From assembly GCA_964057225.1 (NCBI GenBank), contig OZ059898.1, forward strand, positions 13,206,001-13,270,000: a stretch of 64,000 nucleotides of DNA, read 5' to 3'. Positions 49,501 through 62,348 of the stretch are shown one piece after another. This stretch comes from Auanema rhodensis (Eukaryota; Animalia; Nematoda). How positions within the stretch are numbered: the stretch's first letter is position 1; each line of letters opens with the position of its first letter. A program made the position numbers and the translations under genes. Under the pieces are notes generated by a model. The model saw only the letters and a program-made list of their open reading frames with translations. It was not told the origin of the DNA and made no database searches.

Positions 49501-52500
49501 CGTTGGAGAATTGAAGACGGAGGCGAGTAGCAGCCTGGTTCTTAGCTTCAAGCTCTTCAACTTGACGGCTAAGGTCAGAGTTTTCGGAGTGAAGACGTCC
49601 TTTAGATGAGACGAAGTCTTGAAGTTGACGGCTTTGTTCATCAGCCTTCAAACGGAGCTCGAGAAGACGGACTGAAAAGTATTTTGTATTAACTTTAAGA
49701 GTATAGAAATAGAATACCTTCGTGGGACTTAGCGATTCTCTCTTGTTCAGCACGAGCCTTAGCTTCAAGATCAAGAAGGGTAGAAGCTTCGTCAAATTCA
49801 CGTTGCATGTGTCCCTTTTCCTTTTCGGAACGGATCTTTTGCTTTTGAAGTTGTTCGACTTGGTCGCCTAATTCTTGAACAGCATCAGCTCCCTTTTTCT
49901 TCAAAGAAGCTAATTGTTCTCCGAATTTTAGTGAAGATTCTTCCAAATCACGACGTAACTTGGCAACTTCCATGTCCTAAAACATTTCAATGTAACTTGT
50001 AGAAATACATATGTATATCTGACCTTTTTCTTTCCAAGCTCGATTTGAGCAGCATAAGCACGAGCTTGCTCATCAAGTTGATCCAAAAGCTCATCGTATT
50101 CGGCTTGTTGATCAGCACGAGCACGATCGGCACGAGAACGAGCCTCCTTCTCATCAGCAAGCTGATCGTGGAGATCCTTCATCTTAGCTTCATCCTGTTG
50201 GATAGACTTTTGAAGTTTGGCAACAGCGGCCTGCTCGTCTTCCAACTTCATTCCCAAATTGTGAAGTTCAGTCTCTTTACGGCGAAGGCTGTTTTCAATG
50301 TCAGACTTAGCTTTGTTAAGCTCTTCCATTTCTTCTTGGGCGATCTTCAATTCACCCTCGGCCTTTCTCTTAGCCTTATCCATATCAGCGCGGTTTCTCT
50401 TCTCACGCTCCATGGCAGCTTCAGAGTCTTCAAGGCTCTGCATAAGTTTAGCTTTAAGCTTGTTGGCTGCCAAATTTTGTTCCTCAGCAGCAGACAAGTC
50501 TTCGCTCAATTTTCTAAAATAGATCGTGATTAGTGTACAGTTGTGCCAATCTAAAATTTACTTGTTGGTTTCGTCTTGATGCTTGCGCTCCTTGTTGAGC
50601 TTAGAGATATTCTCATCTTGTTGACGCATCTCGTCTTGAAGAGCCCGGATTTGGTGTTCCTTGGCCATCTTTTCAGCTTCAACCTTACGAAGAGACAAGT
50701 CAATGTCTTGACAGTTCTTCTTGAGTTCAGCGCATTCTTGCTCAACACGCTTCTTCTCTCTGGTCAATTCGGTGGCAGCAGCTTCCTCAGCCTCAAGGCG
50801 AGAAGAAGCATCTGCCAACTTGTTTTCCAAAGCAGCCTTCTGCTCATTCATCATAGTCATACGCTCTTCGATTTCCTAAATACGTTATATAAACAAGTGT
50901 TGAAGAAGATGTTGCTCACAGTGTTGGTTCCCTTGGTAGCTTCCAATTGAGCCAAAAGTTCAGTGGTCTCCTTTTGAAGACGGTCTGCTCCTTCGGTCAA
51001 TTGACGTTTCTTTTCTTCTTCCTCTTCCAAGGTGGCCTTGAGAGTTCCAATAGTATCTTGGAGCTTCTCGTATTGCTCTTCAATCTTTCCAGAAGCAATG
51101 AGAGGCTTGACCTGAAAAACATCATATCATAAATCATATAATCACTTTTCTGCACAAACCTTTCCGTATAACTTGAACCAGGACCAGGTACGAAGGCTAA
51201 CCCAGTTGCGGATGCTACGTTGGATAACCTTGAGTCCTTCTCTTTGCTCATTAAGACGCTTCTTGTTGACTACTTGGTAGTAGAAGCGGATTTGAGCTTG
51301 GAGTCCAGTCATAAGCTCAGCAAGGCGACTGTCACGTAAATCTTCAAGATGGGCAACAATACCAGCCTGGAAACAATTGCATGAGATAAATTTAATAAAG
51401 GATTTGATATGATAACCTTGAAGAAGACCTTGGTGAGTCCTACTCTGAAGTTATCATCAACCAATTTCTTCTCCTTGACTAAACGGGCAAGCATAGCTGC
51501 TGATCCCTTCTTTGGATCTTCTTTTCCCATGATGGCTTCATCGGCAGCAAGAAGAGCGTAACGTTGAACGAAGTCGGGGTGGAGGGTTCTGTTGGGGAAA
51601 CCTTTACGGCAAATTCTGATTCCTTCCAACACACCGTTACAGGTGAGCTGGTTGAGAACAAGACTAGCATCGATGACACCTAAACTCAGATGATATGGAT
51701 GTGCTTTTGTTCGAACTTATACATACCACATTGTTTCTTCTCGTTAGGAATGATACAACGGATGAAGTGAGGATGAGTAGAGTTCAACATGTTCATCAGC
51801 TTGGTGAGGGATTCACGGTACAACATAGAGACTGTCATGAAAGATCCGGACTTACCCTTCTTCTTTCCACCAGAAGCTGAAAATAGAAGCATTTTTGTAT
51901 CCGTATTATGATCGGTAAGACATACTCTTAGCCTGAACGGCAGCTTCTTCTTGGGTGGTGTAATCTTGCCAGACTTCCACGAGGAGGTCGTTGCTCTTGG
52001 AGTTCTTCATGGCTTGAACAACAGTGTCGTTCAGAGGGTCCTTGTTCTTCTCGAGCCAGTTGGTGACGTTGTATCTGACAGTACCAGCGTAGTGACGCAT
52101 GGCGAAGTGAGCTTCGGCTTGCTTGCCCTTTGGTGGTTTTGGCTTCTCGAAGTTAGGGTGCTTGCCCAAGTGGACATCGATGAGCTTAGTAGCAAGAGTG
52201 ATGTCACTAGCCTTTGGTACAATACATTCTTCGTCAAGCATAGCAATGATACCCATAGGCTACAAGAATTAACTCAAAAAATGAAATAGAGACAAGGTAA
52301 TACCTTCTCAATAAGTTCGATACAGGCTTGAAGATCAAGACCGAAATCGATGAAAGTCCATTGGATACCTTCACGAGCATATTCTTCCTGTTCAAGGACG
52401 AACATGTGATGATTGAAGAACTGTTGGAGCTTCTCGTTTACGAAGTTAATCCAGAGCTGTTCAAAGGAGTTGAACTGAAAATTAAAATTGTTCTGCTTAT

Positions 52501-55377
52501 TCTATCTCAGAGCTTACGTCGAAGATTTCGAAACCAGCGATATCAAGTACACCAATGAAGTGATCACGGTTGATACCTTGTTGATCAAGAGTCTGGTTAC
52601 ATTTCTTGACAAGCCAGTTGAAAAGTCTGGAGTAAAGACCCTTAGCCATAGCTCCGACAGCCCAGTTGACCTGAACAATTTAAGAAATTGAAACTTGATC
52701 AGACGCTATGCCATGTTTTACCTGTTCCAAGTTCTGTCCCTTGTTGACCCATTCGGCTCCGACCTTTACACGTGGGCGAGTCAAAGCCTTCAAGAACTCA
52801 TCAGAGTCAATGCCGTACATAGCAGCGGCCTTTTCAGCTTCGTCGGTTCCATCAGTCTCAGCCTGTTCTTCACGTGGACGTTGCTTGAACTTCATGTTAC
52901 CCATGTGCATCATAGCGGACACAAGCTTGTAACATTCCATTTTCTCTTGAGGTGAGAATTTGAGAATGTCGAAGGCTTCATCAGTAAGAGCATGCTCTTC
53001 CTTATCGTTGATACCATCGATCTTCAACTCAGCTTGAGCAACAAACCAGTAATCCTTCACAGGCTTGTCGAGCATAAGATCTTTGAGCAAAGTTGGAACA
53101 TGTCCAGAGAAAACTTGGTAGAAGATGTGATAACAACGCTCTCCAGGAGCTTGACGAATGACACGAGATTTCTCGAGAAGGTAATGTTCAATATCGCAAG
53201 AAGCGACACGTCCTTGCTTAGAGAAGTGAATACGGATGAATTTTCCGAAACGGGAAGAGTTGTTGTTACGAACAGTCTTAGCGTTACCTGAAGCATATTA
53301 GAAAGTCAATGTTATCTCAATTAGCTGAACTTACCGAAAGCTTCAAGAACGGGATTGGTTTGAACAATCTGATCTTCAAGGGTGACCTTGCTCTCGTTTT
53401 GATCCTTCTTGCCGTATGTCTCTTGTTGTGAAGCTCCGACAGCGGCGAAGTAAGCAATTACCTAATCAAAATGAGTTAGATATTAGATGAAACATTAGCA
53501 AACCTTCTTGGTATTTTCAGTTTTACCGGCACCAGATTCTCCGGTAATCAACATAGATTGATTTTCGTGATTTTGGAGCATATTGCGGTAAGCCTCATCT
53601 GATACAGCGAACAAGTGAGGTGGCATTTCAGTTCTACAACATGTCATTAACTATATGATATAATTAGAGTTCTATCTTACTTTCTTTTACCCATATACAT
53701 TCTAGCTACAGTATCGGTATAGATAGGTAAACGTTTGTATGGATTGATTACAACACAGAAAAGTCCGGAATAAGTCTGAAATGTTTTGAAATAAAACAAC
53801 ATGTATAGTTGATGAATGTAGTATATATGATTTTCCTTTTCCAGACATCCATAATTGCATTCTCATCCTTCTTCTTCCTAATACGGTATTCCTAGTGAGC
53901 TCATTAATCTTATAACATTCGATGATCTGATGATCTTCTTTGTTGAGTAAGACTCAGCATGAAATCCTGTTTACAGTCTTCCAAACTTTGGCCGTCCACC
54001 TTAATATCTGCCTCTCCCTTTATCTCTCCTCTTTCTCTTCATCTTTCTATGCCTCTGCTCATAAAGCTCGAAGCTTAATACTCTATATCTTCTCAATCTC
54101 TATCATGACTGTCTTGCTCGTGCCGTGCAAACAACTTCATCATCGTGAACTCTCTTCAATTTTTCTAATCTTTTCTTGAGTACTTTCATTGAATGTGTTG
54201 TAATGTGACTTCGCCATGCACAGAAGAAAAGATAAAAAAGATGAGGAATAGCATGAGAGTTTGATAGTTGAAGAGAAACTATCAGCACTAGTTAGTCTAC
54301 AAATCTCAATGCACATACATACATGTTGATTGGCTCATCCATTCGCTCACTCTCACTGTCTTTAGCCCGAACTAACGAATTTTGAAGAAAACATTTAAGT
54401 AATTTCTTACGTAAATAAGCATGGCAGCGTAACGAGCTCGAAGATTGTATAAAACAGAAGCATCGTTTAAGAAAGTCAAATTTGACATATCTTCGGTTTT
54501 TTCGAATTTAGGAGGATTCATCTCCTGGACTTGATCTGCTTTGAAGGTTTTCTGAAAATATATAATAGTCATCCGTTCTCAATGGCTTGTAAGCTTAAGC
54601 TTCAATGGTTTAAAGCTTAAATCATATTTCCTCATCTTGTACAAACCTCATTTCCCTGTCCGATAGCAACGGTAACATTATCACCTTCAGTCTTCTTGAT
54701 GATACCCTCAACATATCCTTCTTCTTCATCTGGGACCCAGCAATTCTTCTTAGAGTCATATGGTCTGGATTGGTCCTGCAACAGTAAGAATATAGAACTT
54801 TAGATATGATTCATGATGCTAATATCTTTTTTCTGAGATTTAGAAACAATGAAAAGAGATTCATTCTGAAGAATTTTGTGATCGAAATTCATGATATTTC
54901 TCAAGAAATTGCTCAGTGAACGATGTGTAGAGTGCTTAGCCTCTTTGTCAAAACTAAACAAATAAAAAGCAAATTAAGATAAAAGTTTGAGATGAGGGCA
55001 TTATTCGTTAGTTTATCTATAAGATGTATACAAAATGTATAATATTTATAGATTATATTACAGTAATAATACTGTAGAACTATACTAACTATATGTATAG
55101 TTAGTTAGTTCAAGAATTAGTTCAAGATGAGAGATGAGAGATGATTCTCAATAGAATATGGCATCAGAATTGCTGGAATGTCGAATCAGATATGTAGAAA
55201 ATGAAATATTTGAGTTATTTCTTAGTAAAACCAATGGAATAATAATAAAACAATTAATTTAAATCTCAGAATAGGATAACTATAGCATTGTAAAGAAGCT
55301 TGAAATTGCCATACCTCCAACATCTGCTCTCTGCTTCTGCGCAGATATTGCCATCCAGGATCGTTCTCGTGGTCCAT
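46561..55377 (-). CDS. myo-2: Pharyngeal myosin heavy chain, MYO-2 orthologue (~26 exons)
   Basis: N-terminus [32 protein letters not shown]; P-loop GESGAGKT; NNNSSRFGK; DIAGFE; a long coiled-coil rod; C-terminus [27 protein letters not shown]. The termini and segments such as [14 protein letters not shown] and RLVKEKKL match MYO-2 better than other muscle myosins, from memory. Confidence 0.92.
53960..54140. promoter_or_regulatory. Candidate pharyngeal enhancer in myo-2 intron 3
   Basis: PHA-4/FoxA-type TRTTKRY sites: TGTTTAC (53968-53974) and TGTTTGC (minus strand, 54127-54133). The second directly abuts CGTGCCGT (54119-54126), which fits the PEB-1 consensus YDTGCCRW. Confidence 0.4.
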
Positions 55378-58300
55378 TGTTGCCTGTAATTTCAGAATTA
55401 GAAGGCCTTTTCTTCAGATAGTAAGCAATGAAAAAACGAATTTCGAATTAACTAATTACAAAAGCTAGAGAATAATTCAGAGAAACGATGCTGTAGTTCG
55501 GAAAAATGGAAATTCGGATTTTCGATTCATCTGAAAGAGTCGTCAGCAGGGCTGTCTGGACGGCACTACGGAGAGAGATGCGGACTGTCGTCGAGTCGGA
55601 GGATTCCGGTGGGCGGATGATGAGCAGCAGCCGGCTTGAGGATCTCCAGAGGCGGAGCTTGCGATGTCTCTCGCCCCCGTCCTCCGTGCTCGTCTCAACC
55701 AATCGTCGGTTTGAGTCTCGACGTCAATCTACACTTCAGAAGGATAGGGAAGCAAAGTAGCAGAAATAAAATATTTCTTCTTTTCTCTATCTCTCTGTGC
55801 TTGCTTATATCTGTATATCTTTCGGGTCTCGGCTCTTTTCCTTTATCTCCCTCTTCTGTCCTGTCTCTCTCTATCTCACTCTCTCTGATACTTTTGCTTC
55901 ACATTGCGATCTTTCTTCTCAGTATTTTTTCTAATAATTTCAATATTTCCGAAAGCGAAAAGAAGAAAGAGGGAACTGAAATATACAAAAATTTCTTAAA
56001 ACAAGTCTTAACAGCATAACCATTCCTAAGATTGTATAATCCAAGTTCTGAAAAACTATTAAATTTAAAAACTTACAACTTAAAGATTTTGATTTGAAAT
56101 TTGTTTGTTGGCAATACCGTAATACTTGCACTATGCTACAATACACTGATAACGAAACAATATCGAATGTTGGAATGAAGAAAACAGTATTGATAATCAC
56201 ACGACAAAAGCCTGGAGCAATGTTGCCAAAGTCATTTTTGAAAAAAAAAAATATGAAGCCATAAAGTTCTTTTGCCTCGTTCGGCACTCCAACTGAAGCG
56301 TCCCGCTCAGAACGAAGATTTCAGCAAACAGAAATCCTGTGTGTATATTCAACTTTGCCTTTAGACACCTGTACTCTCCGCAACACTCTAGCCTGTTCGT
56401 TAGTCATTTTCGTGAAATTTTCTTTTCACCTTCCTATGTCTACTCATATCTCTTCCTCTTTATCCCTGTCGTCAACTAACTCTCTCTCTGCAATCTTTGT
56501 TCTTTTCCAAATCTTTCTCACTTCTGCTTACTTGACTTCAGAAGATATCATTCTATATCGTGATCATTTAGTAGCTGCCAACAACGATTCTGACTCTCAG
56601 AACAGTCTTTCTTCATTCCTACCCCTTCAGCTTCTCTTCATAAAACTTTCTAAACTTGAATCCCTCATCTCTTGCTCTAACTCCTTGTCTTCTTGCACTC
56701 TCTTTCTCTCTTAATTTCGACTAATCTTTGTCAGCTTTCCGAAATAACTTCATAGAGTCATTTGCACAAATAATTTTGATGTTCAAGGGATGTGAACGAT
56801 ACTTTCGTTTTAATATCAGAATTATAAAATAAATTGATTATTCTACAAATGTTTTGGACATTTTATTTCATTTCAGTATTTGCGTTGTATTGATGTATCC
56901 TCAAGCGTTAAGTTCTCAATGAAGTCTAAAGTCTACACCAATATGAACACATGAGAAGAACTAATATCTGTATATAGTATGATCGCTACTGATACCGATT
57001 ACTTCAACCATGTATGAATCACAGATCACACACATATACGAGAGTGTATATACTATTTATGTAATATATACATGAACAGATGTATATATTTTCAAAGAAA
57101 AACATTCAATCTTTCACTCTCGCCATGATAAAGAACTCTAACCACATGTGTGTACTACCTAATACGCTGATATCACAATTCTATGAATGTCATTTCCAGA
57201 CAGGTAATTTTATCAAATATCCTATCAATGCTTACAAAAAAAAATTGAAAAGAAATTGAATTAAAGAACAAAGGCTCAATTGTAATCTAGGAATGACATG
57301 ATGTGGCTACAAAAAATCTACCAAACATGTATAAACCGAAAAACACAGACAGTCACAGGGAATTTATTTTATTTTGATTATTAAGTTTACTTTTATCGTC
57401 GTTTTTCCCTTTCTTTTTCATTTCTCATCTCATCCCGTTACCTGGCTCCTTGTCCTCCTCATGCCGTTTCGTAGAAGACAAACTGAATGGCACTTGAGTT
57501 GCGGAGGCGAAAAGCGTCCGCAACGACCTCCTTCTGTAGATTTTCTTTAAGAATATCTGTGGGGAGGTCCTTTGTGTATCTCTCTCTATCTCTCTCTCTC
57601 TCAAAAGTGTTTTCAGCACTTATGCACCTTCCCTATCAGAATTCTAAGGTGTGTGATGTAAAGCTAAAAAAAAATTCAAGTTTCTAGTTTAGTTTGTCCA
57701 TAGATTATAAGTTTTGTAAGCCAATGAAGCTGAATAAGTGTCATAAATATGAGACCAATGTAACGATATAGAAAGATAACAGGCATCATAACATTTCTCA
57801 AGTTACCTAATGCAGATAAGAAACCAAATTTTTGCTACATAAGAAGCATCTTCACCAATGGAAAGACGTCAAACCCTATCCGCCAATATCAAACGGAAAA
57901 TTTGCGATCATTTCGTAGTATTTGTTATCAATTTTCATTAATTGTTGTACTTTCATAATGCTAAAACTTGTGTGAGAGAACAGCTTAATCCTCGCGGCTG
58001 AGTAGAGGCTTAAACTGAAGCAGACAGTAAGTCTATAATGAATTTTATCTGTGAATAGTTGATAACACTGAAATCCACTCCAAATACGCATCTTACTAAA
58101 GAAATAAAATCTTTATTTAGATTTCTTATCACTTCAGCGTTTATCGTTTTTCAGTATTCAAATACATCCGTATATTAAATGATATTTGTTGATTTCAAAA
58201 AACTCAAAGAGGAAAACAAATAATTTTCAAATAAATGTCTATTCTGAGTCTTCAGAGAGATATCCTGAACTTCCATAAACTCTAAACAGTGGATAAGCCT

Positions 58301-59028
58301 AAGCATGATGAGTCTCGAACAGTACTAGTTTCTGGTCATGTTAGACTCACAATGGTATATTAAGTGGGCTAGGTTGCATATTATAGATAAGAGCTTTTAA
58401 AACTGTAATTTCGAGCATTGAATCAAAGATAAAATAATTTTATTATAATTTGAATGATATACTATAAGAAATTTATGAAATTCTAAAAAGATTCAAAAAG
58501 CAGAAAAAGGAAGATCTTAAGGAGTTTTAACTTAAAAAAAAGAATTTGATGGCTCATCTGATTCTTTACTATCATCTTTATACATAATAAATATTCAGAT
58601 GTATGTTTTGTTCAATAATCAGATCACAAGTTCACTTTAAGACGTAAGATATCTACGGAAATAATAGGAACGATTAAATGATTATTATGTTTGTGAATGA
58701 AAGAAGAAAGTATTTAGTGAGAATTTTTATTTATTTGTCAAACTTTGACAATGGTGAAACATTATGTTCCCTACGTAGTCGTCAATATATCAACAAAAAC
58801 AAATAAATAATAATAAATACAATATATATTATATTCTTATTTCATATTGAAATCTAGTTATCAGATGTTCTGTTGAAGAAAGTACATGGGTTCAAAAAGT
58901 TCCGGTCTGGAACATTAAGATAACAGAAAACCGATTTGGCATAAATGGAGATATAAGACGAGATGTTAAATGATATTCTCTTTCGATAATTTTCAACTAA
59001 AAACTTTATACAAGCATGAGAACTCAGG

Positions 59029-59050
59029 TTACGTGCAACTTCACGTGAAA
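59029..59050 (+). repeat. Dispersed ACGTG-box element
   Basis: TTACGTGCAACTTCACGTGAAA; no CGGTTG partner seen. Confidence 0.6.
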
Positions 59051-59162
59051 GATAGTTGATGAAGGTATTTTTTTGGGAAGCAAATTTTTCAATGAATTTT
59101 CTTGAAATTCAGAAATCTAGCTAAAAAGCAAGATATGCTGTTTGTTGAAATTATTAGACTAT

Positions 59163-60755
59163 CTACACTTTCTGATGGAATGGATTAGAGTGTGTTGCTG
59201 TGGAGAGTGAGTTCTCTTCGTCTTCGTCATCAGAACTCATTGCCTCATTGACGTGCGAGTTCGGATTTACCAATCGAATGACTTCATCAGGTAAGCATGC
59301 TCGATATGCCTGAAAGAAAATTGATAAAAAAAAGTGATGACACCGGAAGTGTATATAGTTTTATGTCAGTAAATGCTGTCATATGTTGATTAAAATTAAG
59401 AAATTACCAAATATGCAAGCATCGTACAAACGATCATGCCTGCCAACACTGAGCCCACAATAATAGGAACTAAATCAACCTGATGCTGATCTGTTATACA
59501 AACATCTTCTACAAAACAAAGAAGTTACAACTTCAGCATTTCGTTATAAGCATGACTTACTGGGTCCAAAGATATTTGAAGATGCATAATTTCTTTTTTG
59601 AATATAAGATTGAAGTTGTAATAAAGAGAAAGTAATTCTGTAAAGTATGGATATTGAGGTGATCTTGTGAATTAGAGAAACATACGTTGCTTCTGGCCCA
59701 ACTTTAGGATCATCATTAATCATGAAAAGCTGTTTACTTGGGCAATACAATGAAGTATCAACATTCGCAAATAAATTATCGGCAATAATATTTTCTCCAT
59801 TCAACTTAACTTTATTTATATATTCATGTGTAGCATCTGAAACAACCTTTTAATTCTTCGTCGATTTTTTACCTTTCACTCTCTTTTTTTCTTTTTTCTT
59901 TTTTTTTTGAATTTTAATGACAGCTTTCCATCAATTCAAATGGAGAGCTAATAAAAACTAATTTTACTACCTGCTGGTGAAGGGAATAAATCGGGCAATG
60001 CGGTGTAATTAGCCATAACACGAATCTGATAAAGAGCCCATTCTTTACCATTATTAGTCTGGAATCGTGCATCTTTTGTGAAATAAAATTGAATGCTCCA
60101 CCCTGTCATCTAAACAGAGTTTAAAAATTAGAAAATACGAAATAATAGATAAAGCATACATTATATAAATCTAATTGCAGCATCTGACTATCAATAGCAT
60201 TATTATTAATTATATTAGTCATTTGACAGCTGCTCTTTGAGCTTACTGTTGACTTCTTCGGTACAGTAAGATGAGCATCTACCTATAATTAGCATATTCA
60301 ATTATCTTTTTTCATTTTTAAATGCAAATGAAGTGAGATCGGTTGAACTACACTACATCAATATTGTTAAGTTTAATAATAATTACCGGAGCATCTGAAA
60401 CTTTGACGATGTAACTCAAGCTCAAATCTAATTGACCATTCAAAGCAACACATGGAATGTTAGAATCAGGGTTTATGACCTGAAATTAAAAAATAGCTTT
60501 ATCAATAATTTTTTTCTAATTTGCGTTGACTCCCTGATAAAAAAAACATTTTTAAATCAAACAAATAAACAGGTTTTATGAGATTATAAAGAAATTAATT
60601 TTAGATACATACCTGCCATTGTCCTCTTTGACCTGAACCACCTCCATCAGCGTTAATATATTTACTTAACAAAGCTGTTAGAGAAAACAACAATTAAAAA
60701 TTAATAAATAAATGAATAAATTACCTATTAAAGTGATGAAGACTATATTTCGCAT
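59163..60755 (-). CDS. LAMP-family (lysosome-associated membrane glycoprotein) single-domain protein, lmp-2-like
   Basis: Signal peptide, WQVINPDSNIPCVAL, SLYCPSKQ, ITFSLLQLQSY and CITDQ, then the TM segment LVPIIVGSVLAGMIVCTMLAYLAYR and a ~45-aa cytoplasmic tail. Introns are GT-AG. Confidence 0.85.
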
Positions 60756-62259
60756 TACAATTTATATATTTTTTATAATTTAAAAAACTACACCTAAAAA
60801 GATTAATTTTAGAAATACGAATATCAGATATAAGTCGAATAATAGTTAGTAATAATTAAAACTTATTAGAAATATTGGAAACGGAAGAAAGGACAAAAAA
60901 AGATAATAAACCTATGTTAACGATGAACTTATTTTTTTCTTTTTTGAAATGAACAAAAAATGTTTTCTGAAAATTATTTTACTTTTCGTCACAGAAAATT
61001 TGCATCTTATCGATAAGAAATTTAATTATCAGATTTAATTACATTGAAGATAAGAACAGATCTATGACAAGAGCTCAAGTACACAGCTGGTATGAAAGAT
61101 GAAAGATTCAAGATAATCCAGTTTATCTTTGGTGCTTCCACGTAGTATGTATTATACTTGGAAGCGATTCTCAAATTGTTGAATTATCGAAAGCTCATTA
61201 TCGTCAATTAATCAAAAAATTGAGTTAATAAACGTAACATTTTTGTAAAAAATGTTTGAATTTTTAAAAAATGAACTTTTTGTTAATTTTTGGTAATAAT
61301 CGAACTCCCATAAAAATTCCTATTTTACTAGGAAAAACATATTTTTTTTAAGGTTAAAGAATAAATAAATTATGAATAATTCAAAGTTATTCATTATCCA
61401 TAATTGTGCTTAAGTATAGTATGTATATATGAGATGACAATATAAAAAAAATAGATGAAACAAAGGTGATTAGATCGTATATTCATTATTTCAGCAATCA
61501 AAGTTGACCATTTTGGAATACTTATATAGTTAATTGTTATCAGTTAACGCTGTTAGATGTACAATCTTAAATGTTAATCACATTCTATCAGACAGCTCAT
61601 CAGATATTATGAGGGATGACTTCACTTAAAAATGAATTTAGCAAGGTTAGGAAGTTAGTTATTCACGAATGTCCATTACAGTTTTTTTTGTTAATATCAA
61701 AAAAAAACAGATATTTCTTAATCATGAATAAGAACATGATGAATTTATCTGGCTGATGAAACTGTAACCACGTCATTTTTCACTTTTTCTCTACTTCAGA
61801 ACATTAAAATGTTCCTACTTGCCTAGACAACTGCTCTAAAAACGGCGCGTTGATTTCATGCCGCATTGAAAAGCTGTCGTTTCCTGTACATCCTTATCGT
61901 CATCCACTTGCTTCTTTGCTGTTTCTTTGAAGATTCTGAAAACGTTTACCCTATCAGTTCATTCAAACCTTTGCAAAATCCTGCTTCCCATTTGCAAATT
62001 AGTCAAATTCAGAAGAGTTCATGCGGGCTGAGCATCAATAGCTTCCCAACGAATACCTATGCATCCACCTTTTCAGAATAATTCATATGAAACCGAACCA
62101 TATCCACTATACTATAACAACTCTTCAAGCAAAATCAATAGTGCTTTACTATTGCTAATTGGGTAAAAAAAATATTTTTTTTTGTTTGATCAACGAAAAT
62201 ATTGTGGAACGTTTGAGCCTAGAAGGTCAGATTAGATATATATATATATATATACTGGA

Positions 62260-62346
<87 letters not shown>
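62260..62346. repeat. (CT)n microsatellite preceded by an (AT)n tract
   Basis: Directly visible. Confidence 0.95.

Positions 62347-62348
<2 letters not shown>

Noticed and set aside
48184-53291. Long + strand ORFs antisense to myosin
   Set aside because: Shadow ORFs caused by the biased codon usage of myo-2.
55448-55760. GC-rich ORFs just upstream of the myo-2 ATG
   Set aside because: No domain or coherent splicing; more likely promoter/outron sequence.
1597-59050. Reading the ACGTG element as the known programmed-DNA-elimination break motif or a CRISPR-like array
   Set aside because: No telomeric TTAGGC arrays are present, and the density (about 1 per 7 kb) is far above known elimination sites. 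The copies are dispersed rather than regularly spaced. Cleavage is kept only as a minor hypothesis.
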